From Paragordius varius (taxonomy: Eukaryota; Animalia; Nematomorpha), in contig OZ176057.1 in NCBI GenBank assembly GCA_964247055.1, forward strand, positions 3,224,001 to 3,288,000: a DNA stretch of 64,000 nucleotides, read 5' to 3'. The notes under the pieces were generated by a model that saw only the letters and a program-made list of their open reading frames with translations, did not search any database and was not told the origin of the DNA. Below, piece after piece: positions 25,032 to 37,199 of the stretch. Position numbers and translations under genes: made by a program. Within the stretch, counting starts at the first letter, position 1. Each line of letters begins with the position of its first letter.

Positions 25032-27402
25032 CAGTGGTACTCACCAAAATAATTTAACGGGCCAAATGAAATATATATTTTTTTCAAGGGCCATTACCTT
25101 ATAATGGCAAATATTCCATAGTTATTTGACACATATGCACATATTTATACTATAAATCAACAATGAATTTTTTGCGGATCACATGTAAACCCAGCTAAAA
25201 ACTCGTTTTACACCATTTAGTTAAAAAAAATATAATATTTTGATAGCAACATGTATTTTGATATAAACCTATAATTTTTCACAAATTTGGTTTTGCCTGA
25301 TGACAGGCCAAGTTAATATGTCGTTCATATGATCATCGGTTAAGCGATTTCAGCATGTATTCTTGACATACTTCATTTTTGATTATGCCGTTTCACGCGT
25401 GTAAGTTGAGGGAAAAACAGTTGGGATAACTTGAGCACATTTTTTTATTTTATTTGGCACATCTTGCCAATACTCATATCTTTCTGCTCAACGATTCTCC
25501 TCGAATATAGCCTACGAATTGGAATCATTATTAAAATCTACGAATTCTTCAATGATATGCGCCTAATTAAAACCGAAATGCTCAAGTTGCTTAATATTGG
25601 ATATATTTATATACCATGGATTTTCAACGAGTTTTAAGCAATTTTAAAATATATTAATTCTTGAAAACTGAATTTCTCATTAATAAAAAAGTTATATGAT
25701 TGTCTATTATTAATAATCTCAGCGGTAAATTCCACATTTTCATCATGAATCGTTTTAAATGTTGGAAAATATAGGAGTGTTTTAGTTATAAAATCTTGTT
25801 TATGTATTATTAATTTTTCTTTAAAGCAAATATTTGATTAGCAAATTGGGTTATTATTTTGCTCCCTTGAAGACTTGTAGTAAAAATAATAATGAGTAAT
25901 TTCGCAAAGTTAGGCTAATATAAACCAACATTTGTCACTATTTATTTCCTCGTCAAACTTTCTGTTATCTTTTATAAATAATAGAATTTCATGTCTTAAA
26001 ACAAAAAATCTATCTAATAGCTAAAACTTAGCCATCTCACAGCGGTGTACAAAAGCTTATCATCAAACTCACTGTGGATATCTTTCAGAAGGTTTTGAAT
26101 TTATGGCGGTTCTCTGCCTCAACTATATCCACAACTTTAATTAATGAGTTAAGTGATTCATCCTATGCACGCGAAACCAAGCTTTGCTGATGAATAAAGC
26201 AGTGAAAGGATAAAGTATTTTGAAAATCATATTTGTTTTTCAATGAATAATTCCCTTGTTTATTTCAGTCATAGAGGGACAGCCATCTGTGCGGTCGAAC
26301 CATTTTTTCATAGATATACCATTATAATCGAAAAAAGTCTAATTATTTCCAGAAAAACTTCCTTTCGTGGTATTATTCATTGGTAAAAATTTTAAATATT
26401 CCTCGTTGATTATCTTGTCGTCGCAAAAATATTCGAAGAGCGTACATTGAGGTGTTGTACTAATATCAGTGCTAGAATCAGTAGCAATACTAAAATATTT
26501 GCAGTTTTGCAGAGCCATTAATGTATTGTTAAAATATAATTAGACACATCCTCAATGCGTCGAGAATGTTGAATCAGAAAGTTGAAGTTTTTTTAATTTA
26601 CCTCATGATTTAATTTTTATTATGGAATGAAAATAAAAAAGTGCAACAATATTTTTTTTTAGTTGGGAAACAATAAACGGTTTCATATTTTTTAAAATAT
26701 AGCAAATTTCATACGAAGCTAATATTACAGCTTTTTCCTGGGATAAAGCTTTGGACATAATAGATTTTTTTAATATTTCGTTTCTTTACCCATGATTTTC
26801 TGGTGATTTATGAGAATGATGGATTATAAAATGTCTTTCAATATTGTATTTTTATATAATTATGTTGTCCTAACATATAAGGCAGGTAACAGCATTTTTA
26901 TTTAAAACGACAAAGAATTTTTCTTCCCATTCTTAAGGAGCGATTTTCATCAGATATACGTTTTTTACATATGTCATTTAACAGGTCGAAATTTAAAGAT
27001 GTTGATTTGAGAAATATTTAATGAAAATGAGTTATAAAAAATGATGCAGGATAGCAATGAGAGAATATGTATATGCAAGTTTGGGTGAAAGGCTTGTTTA
27101 AATACAAAAGAGGAATGCAATAAAAATTTCAAAATAGAGAAGATAGAATACATAAACAGAAACAACGTGGGCCAAAATTTTAAAATTATTTTATTGGAGG
27201 GAAATTTGTATACATTTCAAATAGGTTAAAAAATAAAAATTACCAAGTGAATCCAAAAAAAATAAATTATTAAAATAAGCGAAAATTCGATTCTCTATAT
27301 TTTAAAATTTCACCAATAATAAAATAATCTAAGTATCATTATGGTCATAGGGCAATTATAAAGCACTCTTAGGTCCGCATGCCGCTGCGGGCCGTACCTC
27401 TG
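25032..27402 (-). mobile_element. Full-length degenerate Buster/Charlie-type hAT transposon
   Basis: TSD CTCTAGAG / GTCTAGAG, matching the NTCTAGAN preference of Charlie/Buster elements. Ends are CAGTGG.../...CTCTG. Minus-strand remnants, in order: LSDSTFSRRI, FSIATDSSTDIS, TDGCPSM, FHCFIHQQSLVSR, LLYTAVRWLS. Confidence 0.9.
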
Positions 27403-28183
27403 GTCTAGAGTGAGGGGTTTCCCCAACGGAGCCTAAGCAACATTATAGCACCAAAATTTAGATATGGTTGATTGTAAAATTTTCTTGGGTATTCAGACAA
27501 TCATAATTCTTTAGAATTAATGTCATTATAGAGGTTTCGATCGAACCTGGGAATGTTTGATAATTTTAAGAAAAAGAACTTTTTATTATCTGTTCTAGTT
27601 TAGTTCAACTACTACATAATTAATATATATAAAAAGGTATTTGAGTCTTTAAGGACTTAACCATTACCTATTTATTTTTTGTTCTATTTTACATTTTGCA
27701 GTAGTTTATATCCCAGAGCTTAATTTAAACTACATTAAAAGTTATTGTTGATTTAATTAAACATTGCTCGTATGTAGTAGATAAAAAGCTTATATTTTAT
27801 ATTTTGTGATATGAGCCTAAAATTGAGGCAGCTTTAAAACATGATTGAGACGAACAGATTATATTATCAGAAATCAAGGTTTTGCTAGTAAAATTTAGCG
27901 GAAGCTTTTTGAAATAATTTTTTACAATTTTCAACCATATGCATTTAGTAGCCTATTGCTTTAGTGATTAAATTTTAAAAAAAATGGCGGGTGAGAGGAG
28001 GAATAAATACAATTTTATATATTTAAACTTTTTTTATAATGCGCCTAAAGGGATGAAGAAAGTTTCTTTTAAATTCGATCTAATACCTTAAACTTTTTAA
28101 TATGTTCAAATCTAATTGCTCTGGGATATAATACTGTAAATCAATGAAATGTTATTTATTACAATTTTTTGTTAATACTTTAA

Positions 28184-28757
28184 CACTTGGATACAACACA
28201 TACATTTTAGTGCTTCGATTCAAATTGGGGTAGTTAGATACCCCAGGCTTGGTCAAAATAAAATATTTCAAAAATATTATTGTATACATTAAAACCATGG
28301 CAAAGGTTTGCATTTTGCAACAGAAATACAATAAAAAATTCATTTAAAATCACGTGATATTGCTTATTCAGAGGTAAAATCCAAAGCTAAAAATTTAGCC
28401 ATTATAACATATGATCATAAGCTAAATATTAATATAATTGTAAAATATACCACTTTTTCTGTTCATATTAATGTTAAATGTGGCTTTAATAAAAAAGTAA
28501 ACTCAATTTTAGCTTGAGAATCATATAAAAACGATATTTGCAAAAATGTTGTAAAATAAAAATGGCGTCCAACATAGTTTGATACTGAACTTTTTTTCCA
28601 AAACTAAATTTTATTTAGATATTTCGGTTTTTATATATAATTTTTATTAGAATAGAAGCATAAATTAAAATTGAAACCGTTTCTTTTAGTTGATTTTTAA
28701 AAATTTAAGTTTTAATTTTGTTTGGGGTAACTAGATACCCCAATTTGAATCGAAGTG
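28184..28757. mobile_element. piggyBac-like MITE, family A (about 570 bp, TTAA TSD)
   Basis: TTAA|CACTT...AAGTG|TTAA with internal inverted repeat CTTCGATTCAAATTGGGGTA..TACCCCA. Confidence 0.85.
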
Positions 28758-28836
28758 TTAATAATGCAATAGACACTAAAATAAAATCATATGCTAACCT
28801 TCCCATAAATATATTCGCATGGTTTAAAAATACGGC

Positions 28837-31800
28837 ATGAAAATTAATCTTTATCCTTTAACAATATTAAATATTAGTGATCATTACAATCGATACCTTG
28901 CTCAAAATATTGGTTCTGGTATTATATTTTTAATTTTTAGTGTACGGCATCGTACTTGGTAAAAAGGAGGATAAAAACAAAATTTATCTTTTGAATTCAT
29001 TTGAAATCAGTGCATCAGATAATGTTATTGATGTGGATTTCATGAAAATTAAGGAGGCTCAATGTATTTTTAAAATTTGATTTTAGTCAAGGAAGTATTT
29101 GAGGACCTTGAGATAGTTGGTTGGTATAGTGTTAGCTCCAACACTGATTTAAAGGATGAAACTAACGTTCATGAACAAGTATAAGTTTTTATATTATTTT
29201 AGATAACTAAATTATATCCAAACATTTTATATCTAAAAATGAGTTGCCATTTTACTACCGAGAATGAGGTTTTAAATTTATTATTTATTAAATTTGCACA
29301 TATTTGACACCTCAGATAATATATACATATAATTATATATATAAAATAAAATTAGATACCTATCGCCATTTACGAATTTAATTCCACCAGTCCCGATAAT
29401 TTCAGTTCTGTACCCTATACTATTCATATTGATGAAGATGAAAGGATATCGCTGCAACATTTAGCTCATACGCAAGCGCATTCAGACAATGAACCCGATC
29501 TACTACGTAATTTTACGTTAGAATTACCGTCTATTCGGTTTTATAACAGTATCCATGACCATGACTATGATAATAGCACTTTTAAAAATGATCAGACGAA
29601 AAATATAACAGCTGTTTATCACGTGACTCTAAATTGTATTAACACTTGGATACAACACACTCATTTTAGTCCTTCGATTCAAATTGGGGTAGTTGGATAC
29701 CCCAGGCCTGCTTAAAATCAAATACTTTAAAAAGTATGGAAGGAATCCAATCCATTGCAAAATTTTGCACTTATATAACATTAATAAAACTAAATATATA
29801 AAAAGTTTCTTCAAAAATATTTGATATTAAATATTTTAAGCTAAAACCGAAAGGTAAAAATTTCGTCAACGTGACATGTGTCAAATGGTAAAATTAAAAA
29901 ATAATACATAATAAACCGCTTTTTTTATTTCTATCAATGTTAGATGTAATTTATATTAAAATTTAGCTTTAGTTCTACACTTGAAATTAAATTAAGACGA
30001 TATTTTGCAAAAATTTTGTAAGATAAAAATGGCGTCGAAGTAGTTTGAGATGGAACTTTTTTTCAAAACAAAATTTTATCAAGATATTTTGGCATATTTA
30101 TATAATTTTTAACAGGATAGAAGCATAAATTTAAATTGGGACCGTTTCCTTCAGTAGTTTTTTAAAAATCCTAACTTAAATTTAGTCTGGGGTATTTAGA
30201 TACCCCAATTCGAATCGAAGTGTTAATAAAAATTTGTTAATCTAAATTAATATCATAAACAAAGCATTAAAATCTTTTTATAGTAAAATCAAATTTTTAT
30301 TAATAGCTTTTCTATTTAAAGTTTCTGATATTGCCCAAAACAATTTATTTTTTGGGGTTTTTAAGTAATAGACATCAATTAAGTTTATTCATTGATATAT
30401 AGCACTTCAAATTTGGAAAGATATTAACAGTACTAATTGTATAATTATTTTTTTATTTAATTATCAGTTTCAAATGGATTACTAATGCAACAGTCAGCAC
30501 TTAAACTGTTAAATGAACGCTTGCAAAAACTTATAAAATATGTTCGAGATGTAAAGGATCAAAAAATTCCACCCGATTACCAAATTCTTCAAACGCTTGC
30601 GAGTCTTTTGAATCAAATTGATTCATTTTCTCAAAATAATCCCGCCTATAAACAAATGTTTTTAGAGGTTAATTTTATATTAGCTGGAATTATTTTTTTA
30701 CAGATAATAAATCCAAGACATGTATATATATATATAATTTAAGCCCATTATATTTATTAGAATTCTATTTTTTATTGATCTGGGTTTGTCTGGTTATAAA
30801 TGCATTGAAACCGGATTGCATTGCTTTTTAAAAACATTTAAAAAAAATTTCAAACGTCAGTTTATCACCTATATAAATAATTGTAAAAACTTAAATTTAA
30901 TTTTGAAAAAAAATGAAAAATTCAACTTAAACTATATTGCTAGATTTCAGCGGTTAATGCAGTTTTGTTTTTTCGGTAATACATATATATTTTACGTTTG
31001 TGGTAATGATGAATGCTTTATGTTCCAATCTATGAATACTGCTTTTTAAAATAACAAGTTTAAAAAATTATCCCATATAAGTTTAAAGAACAAAAATGTA
31101 AGAAATATATGGTTTTGACTCGATTAAAGATGAAAATTTTAAATATTAAACCTTTTTTTATTGTATTTAATTATAACATTATGCATTTGGTGCAATTAAC
31201 TTTGGTCATAAACCCATTCATAGTTTTATCATTCGATTGTAATGTAATTTTTTATATATTATCGTATTTACAGCTAGATATAAATCAAATATGTTTAAAT
31301 AAATATATAGATTATATATATATATATATATATATATACATACATTTACTTTGTATTTTTATTTTTTTAGTAGGATATAATATATTTTATAATAGTTATA
31401 AAATAATTTTAGTTAAACTTATATAATAAAAAAGAAAATGTATAAATATTGCGCAATGATTCAACATTTATATACGATAAGGTGAACATTTTATTTAATA
31501 TTTGCATCTTCTATCATTTAACGATTTGGATTCTTCATTTTTTATATTGTTCCTCTTTTGGAATTTTTAAAGGCCTATTAAATAAGAGGATAGAACTAAC
31601 TTTAAATTATCTAAATAATGAAATTTATAGTTTTATTAACCATTTTTAGTCAAAATCAACCTTTTTTCAACTAAACGCAACATTTAATTGTCTTTGCTTG
31701 AAAAATATTGCGTTTGCTTGAAAATATGTTCCATTGAGTTGAAAATGTTGCATTTGCTTGAAAAAATGTTGCTTTTGACTTAAGAATGGGGCACATATGC

Positions 31801-33011
31801 ATACCATTGTTCGGTTATTTTATAGGTAAACGTTTTGGCAATCAGGCACATAAAGTCAATAATCCTTCGAAATTTTTCAAAATTGACCTTGATTGAATCA
31901 ATCAATCAGATGATATCCATTTGCATACTTTATCACTTTAATTTGGTCTTTGACTTAAAGTTGGTCCTTGATTTTATCTAGTTTTTAACTTTTATTCATT
32001 AAACAGTCAGCATTCAACTATCTTATCATTTTAAACTATTTTGCTTACCCTAAATTTTAAATCAATATTTCTTAAATAATATTTTAATATAAATAAAATT
32101 TTAACACATAATAAAAAAATATTTAAGAATTCTGCGTTATTAACTACAATTTTTCCTAAAAAAACACTTATAAGTTAAAAATTTTGTTGAATTGGAAAAA
32201 ATTAGAAAAGTGATTTTTGAATGAAAAATTTTTATTTTAAATGTATAAATATACAATAAATATAGATTAGGTTAAAAAACAATAAAATAAAAAATACATC
32301 TAATTATGGTAATAAGTTAAAAAATCAGGAACTAAAGGTGTTCAAAGACCAGCTTGAAATATTGAAGGACTAACTTAAAGACCTACTTAAAATGTTTAAG
32401 GACATGGAAGGCATATCCTGGATAATATGGATTTTTTGGGATAGATCATATATGAAATCTTTAGAGCTTATTGCTTGACTAATTATTTTTTTTGCTATAA
32501 ACCCTATTTTTGTTGTTTATTTTTTATGGGGTCAAACCCAAGAGTTTTAGCTCTTTCATCGATTTGTTAGCACGTTTTTCAAAAATGATGCATAATCATA
32601 TTTATTTTTATGAACGACTATCCATTACGGTATAGACTAGGCTTGCCTAACACAACCAGCCTCGCGGGCCGCATTAAATATGTTTATAAATATTTTATTA
32701 AATATCTAACATAATACTGTAATAACGGACACTATGACATTTAATTTATTAAGTTTTGCAAATGTGTTGTTTGGATTATTTATTCAGAAAATATTTACTA
32801 ATGTTCCTCTCGTCTAACATTTATATATAAACATATCTGGGCCCGTGTAAGGCCTTCTTCCTTCTAGGAGCTTTTTATGATAATAAGAAATAAAAAAAGG
32901 TGACAGAACACTCGAGTACATTTTCTGAGTTTTACAAATAAAAGTTTAACAAATAAAGTAATTAACGTATCCCGGATTAAATTTAGTAATTTATTACGTT
33001 ATTTAAATTTA

Positions 33012-33052
<41 letters not shown>

Positions 33053-33295
33053 TTTAAATTTGATAATTATGATTTAGGAGAACAACAATGTTGCCGTAAT
33101 GCGATATATGACTGAAATGATAAATATTTGTGATACATCCTGTCAAGTAAAAACTTTGTTTTTTAACCATTCCTCATATACGTGCAATAAATGTTTTTTA
33201 TTTCGTGTTCACAGTTTGCCGCTGATAAAACTAATGGGCACAATGTTATGACTGGAACCAGGATAATGGATAAGAAGAAGGAATTACACCAATAA
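28837..33295 (+). CDS. COPS6: COP9 signalosome subunit 6 (MPN domain), 8 exons
   Basis: Exons 28837-28918, 28941-29063, 29087-29178, 29203-29268, 29356-29506, 30468-30667, 33078-33146, 33215-33295, all phase-consistent. Motifs LYPLTILNISDH, VYGIVLGK, LNSFEI, KEAQFKEVFEDLEIVGWYS, EDERISLQHLA, MQQSALKLLNERL and NNVAVMRYMTEMINICDTSCQF parallel CSN6. Confidence 0.9.
29643..30222. mobile_element. Family A MITE inside COPS6 intron 5
   Basis: TTAA at 29639-29642 and 30223-30226, with the same ends and body as the other copies. Confidence 0.85.
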
Positions 33296-33422
33296 TTTAG
33301 AATGAAGAATATACTATATTATTTATTTAAAAAATAAATTTATATTGTTGATATTGCTAATTTTGATTGTTGCTACAATTTCATTATTTAAGTGTGTATC
33401 ATACATCCATACAAAAAAAAGC

Positions 33423-34833
33423 ATGAATAAACTTCCTAAAAGAGGATATATGTTTTCTACAATCATTTTCTGTGTGTTGATGTCTTTGTCCCACAGCATC
33501 CATAAACATTGTGACAGGACGCCGCCCAAAAATGGGGCTTTAATTTGTGATTATCAATTTCATGGTTAAAATTATAATATTACGTTTTAGGTCAATTTTG
33601 TATGATTATGTGTAAGAACCCGTATGATTTTGAATGGGTCCCCAAAGCTACTCTCTACATTTGCATGTTTGATACAGGAACTTGGGTAACTGACCCTAAA
33701 GATGTTGAGTTAATTGCACAGAATAAGTCAATACTATGGCCAGATTGTGTAGAACAGCAAGGTAATTATATGCTTTATTTCAATTAAAAATTGTCAAAAA
33801 TTAATTATATTTTGCGATTATAGCTAATAGTACAAATGAGACTAGACGAGGTGCGGAATTGCAATACTTTGATGGCGATTGCATTGTTCAAGAGGTCCGT
33901 AGCAAAATGCATCAATCCTTTCAATTACAATTCCAAAATGCAGCACTCGGCAAATACATTGGATGCAGTGTGAAAGAATCTCAAAGGTGTATCCCTAAAA
34001 ACGTGTCTATCATCTGCTATTCTGACACCGAAAAATTTGATAATGCATCAAATAGCTCAGCGTTAGATAGCAGCAAGACTAAACAATTTGGAGCTGAACA
34101 GTTCATAAAATGTACGCCGGGTGAAATGTGGTATGGAATTTTGAGTTTTGTGGAGAATAGGGATGTAAATAGATTTGCCATACTGTCTGAACCAGATATG
34201 TCACAGTCCACAAAGATTGTTTCCAAGCCAGATAGTGGTTGTAAACGATGTGTTTGCACAGAAAACGGGGAAGCCATGTGTTTTAAGTGTCGCAAAGAGG
34301 CAGAAGAATGTAATGAAGTCATAGCTACCCAATGTTATCCCGGTATTAATATGGCTTTACCAGCCAATAACAATAATAACATGGGGAATGAGTTAAACAC
34401 ATGCCAATGTGCTTTTTGCAGATACGATGAGCCTCTCCATGGTAAACCATCACAAATGAATGGGACCAGAATGGGTTTAGGGATTGGATTTTCTTGGGAA
34501 CTATATAGTCAATATGTCGAACTAAGTTGTAGTAAAGAAAGAGCAAAAGCCATAGCCGTTTACCATCAAGCAAAAATGGGTACTAAGAATGTTTTTAAAA
34601 AACATTTTTTGGTATTTTCACATATAAAATCAAATATTTACATAGGTGTTTATACGAACGAATCTCAAAACAAAACTAATCTTGTCAACTTGTGGAACAT
34701 AATGCTTAGATATCCATCTCATTTTTCATCCTCTCATTATTTGGGTCAATACTTTCAACGCAAAAATAATTTTAAAACAACAAATTATACCGATGAAAAT
34801 CCAGCTCCTATTAATAACACCAATGCTCAATAA
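33423..34833 (+). CDS. Secreted Cys-rich protein: signal peptide + sushi/CCP-like module + degenerate pacifastin-like modules
   Basis: Exons 33423-33564, 33591-33761, 33824-34833, with a possible extra in-frame intron at 34580-34645. Features are a hydrophobic N-terminus, CDRTPPKNGALIC..FC.IMC..PYDF..YIC..GTW..WPDC, CTPG...CKRCVCTENGEAMC and CYPG...NTCQC. Confidence 0.75.
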
Positions 34834-34853
34834 ATGAGGCATGATATTACAAA

Positions 34854-35936
34854 TTAACCTATTATAAATTTTACTTTTTCTCTCAGTAATAGGAGTTGGT
34901 CTTTTAAGTCTTTCAAATACCAAATCAAACCCTGGAAATAATCAGAAAACCTTTCATATATTTCAGATAACTCAGGCGGGTCTAGTTTATATTTCAAGTC
35001 TCCTATTCTATTACAGAGTTCAGCAACTTGAGTGATATCATAATATTTATGAACAGACTCAGATTTCGGAAGCTTAAAGTATATTTTTAAAACGCTGTCC
35101 CAACGATAAATTAGTTGAATATACTTTTCACATAAAACTATTTTATCCCGAAAAAAATCCCGGATATATAAAATATCAGTCGCGTTTGACAAAGTTTTGT
35201 TGTCCAAAGAAATTTGCTGATTCGAAACAATAGTTTTGGTCAAAAGGTTAGTATTTGGTAAAGTATTAAAGAAACGTGATAAAGAAGTATTTTCTTCATT
35301 ATTGAATATTATTTCTGTTTTATGAATAATTTCATCATTAATATTGTCTATTTTAAAGGAATTCGGAGATGAATATGTGACGTTAAAAAACTGATTGGCC
35401 TCGTTTAGCAATGAAATTAATGATGGAAGATAATCTAAAAAAATTAAAAGCTCTAAACCTAGAATAGTATGTAAAATTTGCTCCAGATGTTTAATAATTT
35501 TTAAATTTTCGGTTGCCTTTAAAAAATTGTCACGAAGATTTTGGACATTAATATTTTTAACTATTGTTTTGAGAGGTCCATGATTATTAAAATAAAGATA
35601 GGTGTATGTGGATATCAAGATTGGATATTCACTTTTGTATTCTAAATACCAATGATAAAAATATTTTGTAGATTCATAACGAAGATCACTGAAAATTTCA
35701 TTGTTTTCAAGTATAGTCAAGGTAGAGAAGTGTTTAAAATACTTAAATAAAATTTTACGGAATTCAGGATCTTGTAAAACTTTATCATTTATTTCTTTTA
35801 ACGTTTTTAGACTTTGTTTTAGATTTTTAATGCTCAATATGCGCATGAAAGCCAATAGATCCTTTTCCGCTTTTTCGAAATCACTTTCTATATTCATGTG
35901 AATAATGGTTGATTTAACGAATGTGGATAATGCCAT
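34854..35936 (-). CDS. Intronless hypothetical protein, 360 aa, predicted mainly helical
   Basis: A 1083-nt ATG-initiated ORF in very AT-rich DNA is unlikely by chance. No family motif was recognised. Confidence 0.65.
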   Translation of the reverse strand: MALSTFVKSTIIHMNIESDFEKAEKDLLAFMRILSIKNLKQSLKTLKEINDKVLQDPEFRKILFKYFKHFSTLTILENNEIFSDLRYESTKYFYHWYLEYKSEYPILISTYTYLYFNNHGPLKTIVKNINVQNLRDNFLKATENLKIIKHLEQILHTILGLELLIFLDYLPSLISLLNEANQFFNVTYSSPNSFKIDNINDEIIHKTEIIFNNEENTSLSRFFNTLPNTNLLTKTIVSNQQISLDNKTLSNATDILYIRDFFRDKIVLCEKYIQLIYRWDSVLKIYFKLPKSESVHKYYDITQVAELCNRIGDLKYKLDPPELSEIYERFSDYFQGLIWYLKDLKDQLLLLREKVKFIIG

Positions 35937-37199
35937 CTGACCTTGTGCTAAAATTAAGACTTTTCCTAATATATCAAATTTTATATGTCATCCAAATTAA
36001 AACATAAGAAGAATGAATAAACATTTTATTAACTTAAACGAATATGTTTTGACAATTTTACACTTTTGTGTCTCAATATTGGGGTAGATCCGAGAGATCC
36101 TTTTTGTAAAACTCCAATTTTGAAAGTTCTATTTTTAAAAAACATTGTTCTCATTAGGAAGCTCATATTTTATAGTTTGAAATCGCGAGAGCTCCAAAAC
36201 ACAATTGAAACGGACAGCTGAAATTAAAATCAAAATATATCAAGTTTTTGTTGGTAAAATATAGCCTGGAAGCTTACTATATATATTTTTTATTAATATA
36301 TATATATATATATTTGCTTGATGCTTGGACAAAAATTATAGAAAATTGCGCAAAAAGTGTGAGATAAGAATTTTTTAATTTTACATTTTTTTAGTTATTT
36401 AAAGATAGCATATTTTTAAAATCGGCTTAATATCTTGAATAGTTTTTAAGTTATTCAAATTTCAATCTTTGGGATATAAGGCTACCCCAATGGATAATAA
36501 AATTTAAATAAAAAATTTATAAATTTAACATTTGGTTACAACCCATTCTTTTCACACCATTTATTTGGGATATTAGAATTCAGGCTGACTAAAATCAAAA
36601 TTATAAAAAGTACGGAATAGAAACAAGTGCAAAAGTGAGAACTTACACATTGTTCACAAATAATATCCTGTTACGAAAATGCACCAGGATAATGGTGCTT
36701 TTAACACTTCGATTTAAAGGGAGTTTCTGAATGCCAGAAATGTTTAGGTTGTTATTTTTAAAATACTACTGAAAGAAACGGTTCTAATTTAAATTTATGC
36801 TTCTATCCTAATTAATTTATATAAATAAGCCAAAATATTTTGATAAAATTTAGTTTTGATAACTCCGTATCAGACGCCATTTTTTTACAACATTTTTTCA
36901 AAATGTCATGTTAAAACCTAAAATATATTTGACAATGATATTAACATAAAAAGTGGTACATTTTGCATTATTTAATATTTAACTTATGAACACATGTCAT
37001 GTAAGGCTAATTTTTTACTTTTTAGTTTTACCCTTGAATAAATAATATCCAGTAATTTAGAATAAATTTTTTACTATATTTCTGTAGATGAATGTTATAT
37101 AGCTGCAAATATTTGCCATGATTCAATTCATTACATATTTTCAAAAGAGTGATTTAAAAATTCATTTATCTTTTTGTGGCAAAGGCTCCATATAATGGT

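Noticed and set aside
30786-31649. ORFs 30786-31049, 31109-31426 and 31449-31649 as COPS6 terminal exons or genes
   Set aside because: They are low-complexity intron sequence. The true CSN6 C-terminus matches exons at 33078-33295.
32320-32480. Heptad-like reading NQELKVFKDQLEILKD*LKDLLKMFKD
   Set aside because: It has an internal stop, is explained by a short internal repeat, and has no usable splice context.
34017-34923. Antisense ORFs 34017-34322, 34346-34573 and 34726-34923
   Set aside because: They are shadow frames of real coding sequence on the opposite strand.
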